DNA of 64,000 nt from Takakia lepidozioides (lineage: Eukaryota > Plantae > Bryophyta): contig CM060732.1 in assembly GCA_030704615.1 (NCBI GenBank), positions 17,546,001-17,610,000 of the forward strand. Reading direction: 5' to 3'. The notes under the pieces were generated by a model that searched no databases, was not told the origin of the DNA, and was given only the letters and a program-made list of their open reading frames with translations. Below are positions 62,627 to 64,000 of the stretch, piece after piece. The position numbers and the translations under genes are program-made. Numbering within the stretch: the stretch's first letter is position 1; the number at the start of each line of letters is the position of its first letter.

Positions 62627-63716
62627 GTTCCTTGGTCCTCAAAAGATGCATACTGCATCTATATTGGAGTTCCTGCATTGGGGAAGATGAGCAATGTATG
62701 TGTACTTGCATATAAGGCTGTTCTGCCTCCTTTTCTTGTGACAACTACTTGGGGTTGAAGTTGCCAGAGGACTTCACAGAATTCACACTAAGCTTGCACT
62801 GGTAAGCTCCTTCTCACCCCTCCCCCCTAAACATCGTGGCACCTTTCTCATCTTTTAACTCACTCTCATGGCTTCTGGCCTCAATTGGTGGTGATCTGTT
62901 GAATTTCCTCGAGCATCTTGCGGGGAATTGATGTATGGTCTGAACCTTTCTTTGCTGCCTCAACAGATTCAATTTTTCTTCTGTGCTGAGTGAGGAACCC
63001 GAATGCGGAGAGGACAAAAAGGCAGGTATGCAATGCCGCCCCTTGAGCACTTCCAATATCCACCACTCAGCGTGACTGTTTGGTAAACGTAGGTCAACAT
63101 TCCTCCTCTTTTCATTGCTTGACCTGCTGGTAAAAGTGTGAACTTCATAATGCAGAGATTGTTTAGAGGCCTTCACCGGAGATTTATGCCCAGGCAGTCA
63201 TCCAAAAGTCACATGGTGTCACCCACCAGCTGGTTGGTGGTTGGTCTGCCTCTTTGGGCTGTTAGACCCCTGTTGAAATGACTCTTCCTATTGATGGCAG
63301 GACAGTGTGAGCACCTGAAAATCGGACTGCCTGAATGGCATGCGTTGAAGGCTGCATTCCTAAAACAGAGCTGGTTATGAAGTGCAGAGGGGTGGTTGAA
63401 GAAAAGCCTCTGAAGTTAAACCTTCTGGGTCTGATAGCAAGCTTATTTTCCTGAATCATTTGGCCTCATTGACATCAAAATAACTGCCATTTCAGCTCTT
63501 CCTTCAGAGTCTGAGAAGCTTGAGATGACGATGGGATCTGTAGCCTTCATTGTGTAGTTATTGGCATTAATAAGAGCTTTGTTGAGAGTATCTTGAAGGC
63601 CAAAACAACTTGTCTATTAGAGCAAAAGTTTTTTGTCCCTACTTTTCTGCCCAGGAACCATACAGCAGCAAAGGGCACAAGGCCCCAGCAAGCGAATCAG
63701 CTCAGTAAATTACAGG

Positions 63717-63760
63717 CCCCCACCCCTCCCCTCCCCTCCCCTCCCCCCCCCCCCTCCCCT

Positions 63761-63792
<32 letters not shown>
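63717..63792. repeat. C-rich tract and (CT)n microsatellite
   Basis: Directly visible. Confidence 0.9.
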
Positions 63793-63795
<3 letters not shown>

Positions 63796-64000
63796 TTCTT
63801 TCTCGGCACAATGGCCACAAGGCTACGGCAAACAAAGTCTTATGAGTACCTTCTTTCTCGGCACTAGACTGAAATTTAAACTCAGGGCAGGAAGCCTACC
63901 TTTGAACAGCAAACAGAAGCCTTGGGGGTTGGGGTGGTCAACGCCTCGGATTCCGCGGGGCCTGCAGCCCGCTTCAAACCAATAGCCAACTCATGGCTAT

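Noticed and set aside
62800-63600. Minus-strand gene downstream of the ATPase
   Set aside because: Only short ORFs without motifs or consistent splice structure.

Overview
Plant nuclear DNA, probably from a non-seed land plant such as a moss (inferred from the spliced AAA-ATPase gene and the TE families). Positions 1-50.7 kb are a nested transposon cluster with a 500-N scaffold gap at 9394-9893. Positions 54-62.6 kb hold a spliced host gene for an extended-PHD + AAA ATPase (ATAD2/BRP1-like). The cluster has three TE families. (1) A non-chromovirus Ty3/gypsy family: four partial copies plus a solo LTR with a 5-bp TSD. Its integrase reads in frame through a 30-bp repeat linker into a ~1300-aa extra ORF. 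(2) A decayed Ty3/gypsy element whose Pol carries a DNMT3-like C5 cytosine methyltransferase between protease and RT, and a PHD finger after integrase. (3) Five pieces of a Mutator-like DNA transposon family. They share a terminal signature (7 nt + RCTA + RTGAGC repeats). Between them they carry a GCM-like/DDE/SWIM transposase, a spliced beta-class amino-(N4C/N6A)-methyltransferase-like cargo gene (two divergent copies with conserved introns), and internal arrays of palindromes with a shared TGCG-N4-CGCA core. Family 3 is the best candidate for an undescribed system. All domain calls were made by eye from motifs; no searches were run.
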